A stretch of DNA of 64,000 nucleotides from contig VMFR01000001.1 of assembly GCA_007376135.1 (NCBI GenBank), positions 379,016-443,015 of the forward strand, given 5' to 3'. A program made the position numbers and the translations under genes. The notes below the pieces were generated by a model. The model was not told the origin of the DNA, made no database searches, and saw only the letters and a list, made by a program, of their open reading frames with translations. This document shows, one piece after another, positions 51,465-59,052 of this stretch (within the stretch, counting starts at the first letter, position 1; each line of letters opens with the position of its first letter). Source of the stretch: Parcubacteria group bacterium Gr01-1014_31. Its GTDB lineage: Bacteria; Patescibacteriota; Patescibacteriia; Buchananbacterales; GWA2-38-13.

Positions 51465-52133
51465 CTACTGCGGTCGCGGATAACCGCTGACGCGCAGCGT
51501 TCCCGCGTCGATCTGCAATCCGGTAATGACATACGCGGCGTTCCATTGCCCCGCGTACTGCGACAGTATCGGCTCAAGTATTGGACGCGCCACGGCGTCC
51601 GCCGCGACGGAAGGCAATACCCCGACGCGGATATCCTGAAGACTGACCACCATGCCCTGCCCCTCAAGACGCGGCACCACCCGGACTTCAATAGGTAATG
51701 AGGCTTGGCCGACCAGGGTGGCGGAGACCAGCGCGGCACCCTGCAGGAAACGAACCGCGGGTTCCTGCAGCTGGGGGTATGCGGCGGCGGCCGTGCGCAC
51801 CCAAACGGTTGCCTGCGCGTCCGTGAACGTCATGACCTCGTCGGCGTGCGTTTTCGGAGCCGACGTCGGGATGACCACCGTTTCCGCCGGGCGCGGCGCC
51901 CAGGGAAGCACCGTTGGCCGCTGCAGCATGCCGCTGCGCCACAGTACGATCCCGACGACCACCCATGGACCGACCAAAAAGAACGCCAGCGCCCCGTTAT
52001 ACGCGATGGCGAACGACACCCGCCGTACCGTCCAGTAGCGGCGGCGCAGCAACCGCAACGCCGCCTCAGCGTCGTGCAGCGACGGCGCGCGGCGCGGCAG
52101 ATCGTGCCGGGGTTTGGGTTTAATCGTTGCCAT
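51465..52133 (-). CDS. Hypothetical membrane-anchored protein
   Basis: ORF 51465..52205; one TM (FAIAYNGALAFFLVGPWVVVGIVLW); start probably MATIKPKP at 52133. Confidence 0.35.
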   Translation of the reverse strand: MATIKPKPRHDLPRRAPSLHDAEAALRLLRRRYWTVRRVSFAIAYNGALAFFLVGPWVVVGIVLWRSGMLQRPTVLPWAPRPAETVVIPTSAPKTHADEVMTFTDAQATVWVRTAAAAYPQLQEPAVRFLQGAALVSATLVGQASLPIEVRVVPRLEGQGMVVSLQDIRVGVLPSVAADAVARPILEPILSQYAGQWNAAYVITGLQIDAGTLRVSGYPRPQ

Positions 52134-52563
52134 CGGGAGCAGTGAACGAAAAACGCTCGAGCGCCCGCGTGAACTCCTGAGTGGCCGACCTGCGAGCATC
52201 GGCATCGCCGGAACGCTGGGCCTCCTTGAGCGCGGTGGCCGCGATGACGAGATCCAAATGCGGCTGACGGAAACGGCTCGGGACCGTGATATCCATCAGG
52301 CGCTGCTGCATCGCGCCATACTCCGGCGGACGCTCTCCATCATTCCAACCGGCGATGGCCGCCCGCACCTCGTCGCGATACCGGATCTCCGCCGCCAGCA
52401 ACACCGCACTGGAGGTTGCCGTCTCGGTGCCGCCGGAGTTCCCAGGGATGGCCGGAACCGCCGGGGATGCGCCCCGCTGGGCCACGAACACCACCGCCAC
52501 CCCCCCGGCGATGATCACGCCGACCCCGAGCCATTGGATCAACCATTTTGGTGCCTGCGGCAT
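52120..52563 (-). CDS. Hypothetical protein with N-terminal TM anchor
   Basis: MPQAPKWLIQWLGVGVIIAGGVAVVFVA... 147 aa. Confidence 0.35.
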   Translation of the reverse strand: MPQAPKWLIQWLGVGVIIAGGVAVVFVAQRGASPAVPAIPGNSGGTETATSSAVLLAAEIRYRDEVRAAIAGWNDGERPPEYGAMQQRLMDITVPSRFRQPHLDLVIAATALKEAQRSGDADARRSATQEFTRALERFSFTAPDGND

Positions 52564-52569
52564 ACGGAC

Positions 52570-52905
52570 CTACGCCAGCGTATCCAGGGCATCGCCGCGC
52601 ATCTCCACCCAGCGGCTCCCCGGAGCGTCCCATCGGTAGGCGGCGAAACGGTGCACCCGTTCGTGCTCATCGTACTGGTGAACGACGGTCACGTCGCTGC
52701 CGATGCGCTTGGACGCGAACGCACGGGTTTCCAGCTTCAATGGCTCGTCGCTCCACTCCAGGCGCATCCGGCCCGCGGGGGTCGCAAATTCCAACACCTC
52801 CAGCGTTCCGGGCCCGCCATGCGGCATCGGGTCCTGGCGTTCGGCAAGCACGGTGAATTTATCCTTCACCATACCTTTGACGTCTTCCCAGCGTTCCGGG
52901 CTCAT
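52570..52905 (-). CDS. Hypothetical soluble protein (111 aa)
   Basis: No recognisable motif; 4-nt overlap with the upstream Nudix gene suggests co-translation. Confidence 0.35.
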   Translation of the reverse strand: MSPERWEDVKGMVKDKFTVLAERQDPMPHGGPGTLEVLEFATPAGRMRLEWSDEPLKLETRAFASKRIGSDVTVVHQYDEHERVHRFAAYRWDAPGSRWVEMRGDALDTLA

Positions 52906-53474
52906 ACGCGGGCAGTATACCGTGGAACGACGGAATCGGCCACGTGGCCGGGCGGCGAACGCCGACGTGAACCGCGCCGCCGTGCCGCGGAACGGGAACG
53001 CGCACGGAAGACCGCCCCGACCTGCTGCGCGGGCAAAGAAAGATACGCGGCCGCTGCGGCCAATATTTTCCTCCCCCCCGGATAATAGAGCCGAACTTTG
53101 GCGTCATCGGCATCCACCCAGGCAAATCCAAGATGCTCGTGCGAAACCGCGATCGGCGCGTCGCGCGTCAATTCGCCCAGATAGAAGATCGCCAGCTTGG
53201 TAACGAGTTCAGGCTTGCCGAGCGCGTCATGCCCCCGGAAACGGTAACGATACGTGGCGCGGAAACGAGGCCGCAGCGAAACGGCATCGCGCGGAATGGC
53301 CGTCTCTTCGCGCAGCTCGCGGAAGGCCGTCATCAATTCTTTCCCAGCTTCCCCGGCCTCGATGCGCCCTTTGGGAAAATTCCAATACGGTCCGCGATGG
53401 TGCAGTAGCAAAAACAACGGCCCGTTGGGGGTGCGGCGGTATACTACGACGCCGATGGTCTTGACGAGGGACAT
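52902..53474 (-). CDS. Nudix hydrolase
   Basis: HHRGPYWNFPKGRIEAGEAGKELMTAFRELREETAI Nudix box; start probably MSLVKTIGVVVY at 53474 (ORF track 53513). Confidence 0.6.
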   Translation of the reverse strand: MSLVKTIGVVVYRRTPNGPLFLLLHHRGPYWNFPKGRIEAGEAGKELMTAFRELREETAIPRDAVSLRPRFRATYRYRFRGHDALGKPELVTKLAIFYLGELTRDAPIAVSHEHLGFAWVDADDAKVRLYYPGGRKILAAAAAYLSLPAQQVGAVFRARSRSAARRRGSRRRSPPGHVADSVVPRYTARV

Positions 53475-53535
53475 AGAAAAAACGCAAAGCGTAAAGCGTA
53501 AAATGCAAAGCAATGGAAAATTCTTTTTTCGACCG

Positions 53536-54828
53536 TTATTTTTCGTTTTGCACTTTACGTTTTGCGCTTTCTAAATACCTCCTCCCTCTCAAACTCGGCG
53601 GCAGGTACTCTTGTGTTTCCTGCCAGTCGTGGTCCGGGGAATACTGGTAGCCCTTGCCGTAACCGACCTCGCGCATCAGGCCCGTGGAAGCATTCCGCAA
53701 ATGCAGCGGCACCGGCTCGTTGACCGTGGTTCTCACATCCTGTTTGACCTGGCCGTAGGCGCGGTAGACTTCGACGGACTTGGGCGAACGGGCGAGGTAG
53801 ACGGCGCACTGGGCCAGGATGACGTCGCACTCCGGCATGCCAATGACCTGGCAGGCCTGATAGCACGCCAAGGCCTGCGGCAGCGCTGCGGGGTTGGCCA
53901 GCCCGATATCCTCCACGCTCATCCGGATGAGCCTTCGGGCCACGTACAACGGATCTTCGCCCGCTTCCACCATCCGGCCCAGCCAATAGAGCGCGGCATC
54001 GGCATCCCCGCCGCGGACCGACTTATGCAGCGCCGAAATGATATTGTAGTGCTCCTCGCCCGCCCGGTCGTACATCAGGTGGGTCCGCTGCAGCGCTTCC
54101 TTAATGAGGGCAACCGTCAGCGTCGCCGCATCGCCGGTTTTTTTGGCCTGTGTGCGCACCGCCAGCTCCAAGGCGTTGAGCGCCACCCGCGCATCGCCGG
54201 ACGCCAGGGTGGAAAGCATGGTAATGGCCTGGGGCTGGGCGGTAATTCGGTATTCGCCCAGCCCGCGCTCCCGGTCAGCGATCGCGCGCAGCAGAATACG
54301 GGAAAGCGCGTCCACGGTCAGCTGCTCGAAGACAAAAACCCGGCTGCGCGACAGCAGCGCCGCGTTAACCTCAAAGGATGGGTTCTCGGTGGTCGCCCCG
54401 ATCAGCGTGATCACTCCCCGCTCCACGTACGGCAGAAGCGCATCCTGCTGGGATTTGTTCCAGCGGTGGATCTCATCCAAAAAAAGCACGGTTCTTTCAC
54501 CGTGCAGCTTGCGCCGCTCTTCGGCCTGCGCGACGACCTCCCGCAGCTCCTTCATCCCGGAGGTGACAGCGGAAAACTGTACGAACACCGAGCTGGTCAG
54601 GCGCGCGATGACCGACGCCAGCGTCGTTTTGCCCGACCCCGGCGGACCCCAAAAGATCATAGACGGCAGCTGGTCGGAAACGATCGCCTGCCGCAACAAC
54701 TTCCCCGGGCCGACGATATTCGCCTGCCCCTCGAATTCCTCCAAGGTCTGCGGCCGCACGCGGTCGGCCAGCGGCCCGTGTGCCTTGAGGTCCTGTTCGA
54801 GTTTATGTGTGAACAAGTCGTTGGGCAT
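53536..54828 (-). CDS. rarA: Replication-associated recombination protein A (AAA+ ATPase)
   Basis: MIFWGPPGSGKTTLASVIA (Walker A), LFLDEIHRWNKSQQDALLPYVERG, C-terminal MgsA domain. ORF-track start 55020 rejected; MPNDLFTHK at 54828. Confidence 0.85.
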   Translation of the reverse strand: MPNDLFTHKLEQDLKAHGPLADRVRPQTLEEFEGQANIVGPGKLLRQAIVSDQLPSMIFWGPPGSGKTTLASVIARLTSSVFVQFSAVTSGMKELREVVAQAEERRKLHGERTVLFLDEIHRWNKSQQDALLPYVERGVITLIGATTENPSFEVNAALLSRSRVFVFEQLTVDALSRILLRAIADRERGLGEYRITAQPQAITMLSTLASGDARVALNALELAVRTQAKKTGDAATLTVALIKEALQRTHLMYDRAGEEHYNIISALHKSVRGGDADAALYWLGRMVEAGEDPLYVARRLIRMSVEDIGLANPAALPQALACYQACQVIGMPECDVILAQCAVYLARSPKSVEVYRAYGQVKQDVRTTVNEPVPLHLRNASTGLMREVGYGKGYQYSPDHDWQETQEYLPPSLRGRRYLESAKRKVQNEK

Positions 54829-54913
54829 AGCCAGGGTTCTGCGGCTCAATTCTACGCCAATTTTGTTCCCTCCGCTACCAAAAAAGAAGCCCGCGGGAAC
54901 ACCGTGGGCTTCA

Positions 54914-55612
54914 TCAGCGGCCACCAAAGCGACGCTGACGTTCGGCATAGGCGGCCAAGATCTGGTCCAGCTCGGCCTCGGAAAAATCGGGCCACAACGT
55001 CGGGGTAAAGTACAGCTCACTGTACACCGCCTGGAAGGTCAGGAACCCGGACGTGCGCAGCTCGCCGGAGGTACGCACGATCAGGTCGGGGTCAGGAACC
55101 CCGCTGGTCCACAAATGGGCGGCGACCGTTTCTTCGGTCACCTGGTCGGCGGGAATGCCCGCGCGGATGATTTCCTGCACGGCCGCAACGATCTCGGCGC
55201 GGCCGCCGTAGTCAAGCGCGATCTGCAGTAGCAGATCTCCGGCATCGGCCGTGTGCGCTTCCGCAGCGGTAATCAGGGACACCAGGTCCGGCGGCAGCTT
55301 GGCGTTCCTACGCCCGATGACGCGCAAACGCACGCCTTCCCGCTGCAGCTCCGGCAGGTCGCGCCCCAGCGCCAGGCGGTTAAGGTCCATCAGGTAGCTG
55401 ACTTCTGCCGCGGGACGGCGCCAGTTCTCGGTCGAGAACGCGTAGACGGTCACGACTTTGATGCCGCGACGTTTACACCAGCGCGCGAGGTCCTTGACCT
55501 TTTCGTAGCCACGACGGTGGCCTTCCAGCTGCGGTACATGGTGGGCTTTGGCCCACCGACCATTCCCGTCGATGATGAAACCAACGTGGACGGGTAAAGT
55601 TTTGGACTCCAT
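54914..55612 (-). CDS. uppS: Undecaprenyl-diphosphate synthase (cis-isoprenyl transferase)
   Basis: VGFIIDGNGRWAK...TVYAFSTENWRRP...RTSGELRTSGFL...LWPDF. Confidence 0.9.
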   Translation of the reverse strand: MESKTLPVHVGFIIDGNGRWAKAHHVPQLEGHRRGYEKVKDLARWCKRRGIKVVTVYAFSTENWRRPAAEVSYLMDLNRLALGRDLPELQREGVRLRVIGRRNAKLPPDLVSLITAAEAHTADAGDLLLQIALDYGGRAEIVAAVQEIIRAGIPADQVTEETVAAHLWTSGVPDPDLIVRTSGELRTSGFLTFQAVYSELYFTPTLWPDFSEAELDQILAAYAERQRRFGGR

Positions 55613-55710
55613 AAGCCCACTTCCTTTCAGGTGATAATTCGCTCAAAGGACGACAACGACGCTTGAGATATAAGTCTACGCTTGGGATAAATGACGGTCA
55701 AATGATAATG

Positions 55711-55739
55711 TTGACAAAATAAGTAAAATGTGCTATTAT
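55711..55739 (+). promoter_or_regulatory. Near-consensus sigma70 promoter TTGACA-N17-TATTAT upstream of the amidase gene
   Basis: ttgacaaaataagtaaaatgtgcTATTATtagata; this is why the ORF-track GTG start at 55730 (inside the promoter) is rejected. Confidence 0.5.
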
Positions 55740-55807
55740 TAGATAGTGTTCTTTATCATTTTTTCGCTCAACAAACCAATTTCGGCTATGCCGAGAGAGG
55801 AAGAATC

Positions 55808-56566
55808 GTGAAGAGATCAAAAACGATTGATTTCATCTTCGTGATGACGGCTATCGGCGCGGCATTGGCCACCGCCGGTCTCTACCAGCGGGAGCTGAAT
55901 TCCGAACGCCAGCGCCATCGGGCCTTGGCCCAGGAACATTCCCTGCTTGGGGAAACGCTCGAACAGTGCGGGCAGGAGTTCACGCAGTCCCAGGAAAAAC
56001 TCCTGGAAACGAGCGCCACACTGCAAGCGGCAAGCGGTGAACTCCGCCTCCGCACCGAGCAGGCCAACGGGCTGCTCGCCCGTCTGGAAGCCAGCGAACG
56101 CCTGTGCGCGCTGTTGGAATGCGAAGTGGAGCGCCTTCAGCCCATGCGCAAGGTGGCCACCATCATCGTCCACCATTCCGAAAGTCCCTTTGGGGACGTA
56201 CCGACCGTGGACGCCTGGCACCGCGAGCGCGGGTTTGCGATCGGGTACCATTACCTCATCTGCAACGGCCAAGGCGGCGGCGAGGATGGCGAGATCCAGT
56301 TCGGCCGCAACGAAGACGTCCAGGGAGCCCACGCGAAGGCAAACTACCGCAACGAGGGAACCCTGGGGGTCTGCCTGATCGGCACGGACCAATTCACGGC
56401 GGCGCAAAAAAAGTCGCTGCAGGAGCTCCTACTCCATCTGTGCCGGCGGCACGGGCTCACCCCAGGGACGGGGACCATTCAAAGGCACCATGAGCAGTGC
56501 CCGGGTCCGAACCTGGATCTAGCGGCCATTATCGCCGGAGTCCAGGGCCATCTGGCCCGCAATTGA
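55808..56566 (+). CDS. N-acetylmuramoyl-L-alanine amidase (Amidase_2/PGRP domain) with N-terminal TM and coiled-coil
   Basis: ATIIVHHSESPFGDVPTVDAWHRERGFAIGYHYLICNGQGGGEDGEIQFGRNEDVQGAHAKANYRNEGTLGVCLIG. GTG start at 55808 preceded by GAGAGGAAGAA. Confidence 0.65.
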   Translation: MKRSKTIDFIFVMTAIGAALATAGLYQRELNSERQRHRALAQEHSLLGETLEQCGQEFTQSQEKLLETSATLQAASGELRLRTEQANGLLARLEASERLCALLECEVERLQPMRKVATIIVHHSESPFGDVPTVDAWHRERGFAIGYHYLICNGQGGGEDGEIQFGRNEDVQGAHAKANYRNEGTLGVCLIGTDQFTAAQKKSLQELLLHLCRRHGLTPGTGTIQRHHEQCPGPNLDLAAIIAGVQGHLARN

Positions 56567-56597
56567 GCGAAGCTCGTTCAACACAAGTTCTTTGGAA

Positions 56598-56635
56598 GCC
56601 GTCTGCATCCCTGCAGGCGGCTTTCTCTTGTATTT
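56598..56635 (+). terminator. Rho-independent terminator after the amidase gene
   Basis: gccgtctgca-tccc-tgcaggcggc (10-bp stem with one G-U pair) followed by tttctcttgtattt. Confidence 0.5.
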
Positions 56636-56704
56636 GAGCGAAATATCGGTTATAGTGAAATCCTCCGTCGGCGCGTTGCGCCAACGGCTTCAACACCGCT
56701 TTTT

Positions 56705-56728
56705 CGGGTATTAGCGCAGCGGTAGCTC
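56705..56728 (+). repeat. Partial copy of the tRNA-Pro 5' end (23 of 24 nt identical)
   Basis: cgggtattagcgcagcggtagctc compared with tRNA 5' end cggggattagcgcagcggtagcgc; no matching 3' acceptor strand follows. Confidence 0.5.
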
Positions 56729-56813
56729 CGCCATTCGACGGGGCAGGCGGACTTGGCTTGCCCCACACCTTTCCTGAATCTTTTATCCACTCTTTTCTTT
56801 TTTCGCTCTGACT

Positions 56814-56885
56814 CGGGGATTAGCGCAGCGGTAGCGCGCTTGGTTCGGGACCAAGAGGCCGGGGGTTCGAATCCCCCATCCCCGA
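56814..56885 (+). tRNA. tRNA-Pro: tRNA-Pro (anticodon CGG)
   Basis: Cloverleaf folded by hand: acceptor CGGGGAT/ATCCCCG, D stem GCGC/GCGC, anticodon stem CTTGG/CCAAG with loop TTCGGGA, T stem GGGGG/CCCCC with loop TTCGAAT, discriminator A; CCA not encoded. Confidence 0.85.
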
Positions 56886-56963
56886 GCAAGAGCGAAAACA
56901 AAACTTCCGTTTTCTGCTCCAAAACTTAAACCCCGTTGGAAAATAAGAAAGGTGTGGGGTGAA

Positions 56964-57058
56964 GGACCAAGAGGCCGGGGGTTTCCCGCCACCGAAATAT
57001 TTCTTTAAAAAGATGGGCGGGATCCCGCCGCAGGCGATGACGAATCCCCCATCCCCGA
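56964..57058 (+). repeat. Duplicated 3' half of tRNA-Pro (anticodon-stem 3' strand to acceptor end plus cccgag), interrupted by a 57-nt insertion with its own hairpin
   Basis: ggaccaagaggccgggggtt [tcccgccaccgaaatatttctttaaaaagatgggcgggatcccgccgcaggcgatgac] gaatcccccatccccgag; the flanks are identical to tRNA positions 39-73. Resembles att-site remnants of integration at a tRNA 3' end. Confidence 0.5.
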
Positions 57059-57099
57059 GAGAACGGTGATTTTTCTTGGCACGACGGGCTCAACAAGGT

Positions 57100-57993
57100 A
57101 TGTCCAACCAAGGAACGCACAACACCATCCCGGTCGCCATCATCGGCACGGGCAACATCGGCAGCGACCTGCTGGTGAAGGTCCTGCGTTCCCCGTACCT
57201 GACCTGCGCAATGTTCACCGGCCAGCATCCTGACTCGCCGGGCATCGCCAGGGCGCGGGAACTCAATATCCCCACCTCGGCGGATTCCATTGCCGCCATT
57301 GAACGCGACCCTGGTTGCTGCGACATCGTGTTCGACGCGACTACCGCCGAGGCCCATCGTCGCCACGCCACGGTCCTCGCCCGCCTGAAAAAATTCGTGA
57401 TCGACATGACCCCGTCGCAAGCCGGCGGGATGTGCGTGCCGCTCCTCAATCTGGAAGACAGCCTTGCCAAACAGAACGTCAACATGGTGACGTGCGGCGG
57501 CCAGGCCAACGCCCCCATCGCGCGCGCCATCATGGCGGTGCACCCGGACATCCAGTACATGGAAGTCGTTTCCAGCATCGCCTCCAAGTCGGCCGGCATC
57601 GGCACGCGTAACAACATCGACGAGTACACGCAGACGACCAGCGACGGCATCCGCGCGCTGGCGGGCGTGCCGCAGGTGAAAACCATCATCATCCTCAACC
57701 CCGCCGACCCGCCCTACCTGATGCACAACACCCTCTACGCCGAGATCGAACGACCCGACCTGCCAGCGCTGGAACGTTCCATCAAGCACACGGTGGAAAA
57801 GATCCGGGAGTACGTGCCCGGTTTCAGATTGCTCTACGGGCCCGTGCAGGAAAGCGGGCGCGTCACCACTATCACCGAGGTGGTCGGCCGCGGGGACTAC
57901 CTGCCCGCCTACGCCGGCAACCTGGATATCATCAACTGCGCGGCCGTGGCGGTCGCCGAACGCTACGCGAAAAAAAAACTGGGGCTGCACTAA
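57100..57993 (+). CDS. Acetaldehyde dehydrogenase (acetylating), DmpF/MhpF/BphJ family
   Basis: VAIIGTGNIGSDLLVKVLR...VNMVTCGGQA...SIASKSAGIGTRNNIDEYT...ILNPADPP...YLPAYAGNLDI, collinear with MhpF. ATG at 57100 is preferred over the TTG at 57076. Confidence 0.85.
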   Translation: MSNQGTHNTIPVAIIGTGNIGSDLLVKVLRSPYLTCAMFTGQHPDSPGIARARELNIPTSADSIAAIERDPGCCDIVFDATTAEAHRRHATVLARLKKFVIDMTPSQAGGMCVPLLNLEDSLAKQNVNMVTCGGQANAPIARAIMAVHPDIQYMEVVSSIASKSAGIGTRNNIDEYTQTTSDGIRALAGVPQVKTIIILNPADPPYLMHNTLYAEIERPDLPALERSIKHTVEKIREYVPGFRLLYGPVQESGRVTTITEVVGRGDYLPAYAGNLDIINCAAVAVAERYAKKKLGLH

Positions 57994-57996
57994 CCT

Positions 57997-59043
57997 ATGG
58001 AACGCCGCATCTTCATCGTTGATTCCACGCTGCGCGACGGCTCCCACGCCGTTTCCCACCAGCTCAACGCCGACCAGGTGCGCGGCTATGCGCAGCGCGC
58101 CGAGGCCGCCAATATCCCCCTGGTGATGGTGGGCCACGGCAACGGCCTGGGCGCGTCGAGCCTACAGCTGGGCCGTTCGCTGCTCCCCGACCGCGAAATG
58201 CTGGCAATCGCCCGGCAGGAACTGAAGCGTTCCAAACTGGGGGCGTTCCTCATCCCGGGATTCGGCACCATCAAAAACGACATCGGCCCCGCCATTGACG
58301 CCGGCATCGACGCGCTGATGGTCGCCTGCCACTGCACGGAGGCCAACATCACACGCCAGCACCTCCAGTATGCCGCCAGCCGCGGGGTTACCGCCTACGG
58401 CGTGCTGATGATGACCCACATGGCAACGCCCGGCGAGCTGCTGGAGCAAGCCAAGCTGATGGAATCCTACGGCGTCCAGGGAGTGCTCCTGATGGATTCG
58501 GCCGGCGCCTACCTGCAACGCGACGTGACCGAAAAGGTCGGCACCCTCGTTGCCGGCCTGCGGACCGCGGTCGGCTTTCATCCCCACAACAACCTCGGGC
58601 TGGCGGTCGCCAATGCGGTTGCCGCCGTCGAGGCGGGCGCCAGCATCATTGATGGAACTGCGCGCGGCTTTGGCGCCGGCGCGGGCAACGTCCAACTGGA
58701 GGTCATCATCGCCGTCCTCCACCGCCTGGGCTACCCGACCGGCGTGGACCTCTATCGCCTCATGGATGCATCCGAGTACGTCGCGCGCGAGGTGATGAAA
58801 AAACCCATTGCTATCAATGCCGTGACCCTCACCAGCGGACTGGCCGGGGTGTTCTCGGGATTCGCGCCGCACGCCATCCGCGCCGCGGAACGCTTCGATG
58901 TGGACGTACGCGACATCCTGATGGAATTGGGACGCCGCAAAGCCGTCGGCGGCCAGGAAGACCTCATCTTGGACGTGGCGATGAACCTGAAACAGAAGAA
59001 AGAACAACGGCCTGAGGATTTTCAATTGGAATCCCTGTCATAA
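57997..59043 (+). CDS. 4-hydroxy-2-oxovalerate aldolase family (DmpG/MhpE/BphI-like, HMGL-like TIM barrel)
   Basis: IVDSTLRDGSHAVSHQ...VGHGNGLGASS...HPHNNLGLAVANAVAAVEAGASIIDGTARGFGAGAGNVQLEV...GRRKAVGGQEDLILDVA. Confidence 0.85.
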   Translation: MERRIFIVDSTLRDGSHAVSHQLNADQVRGYAQRAEAANIPLVMVGHGNGLGASSLQLGRSLLPDREMLAIARQELKRSKLGAFLIPGFGTIKNDIGPAIDAGIDALMVACHCTEANITRQHLQYAASRGVTAYGVLMMTHMATPGELLEQAKLMESYGVQGVLLMDSAGAYLQRDVTEKVGTLVAGLRTAVGFHPHNNLGLAVANAVAAVEAGASIIDGTARGFGAGAGNVQLEVIIAVLHRLGYPTGVDLYRLMDASEYVAREVMKKPIAINAVTLTSGLAGVFSGFAPHAIRAAERFDVDVRDILMELGRRKAVGGQEDLILDVAMNLKQKKEQRPEDFQLESLS

Positions 59044-59052
59044 CTTCAGCCT

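Noticed and set aside
51465-52205. 86-nt overlap between ORFs 51465-52205 and 52120-52563
   Set aside because: It probably reflects an over-extended start of the downstream ORF; an internal Met at 52133 reduces the overlap to 14 nt. Both are retained at low confidence.
49915-57058. Intact integrative mobile element between the excisionase-like HTH gene and the tRNA-Pro fragments
   Set aside because: No integrase, transposase or phage genes are present. The intervening genes are housekeeping or envelope genes of host-like G+C content. Only the tRNA fragment scars and the AT-rich HTH cassette are reported.
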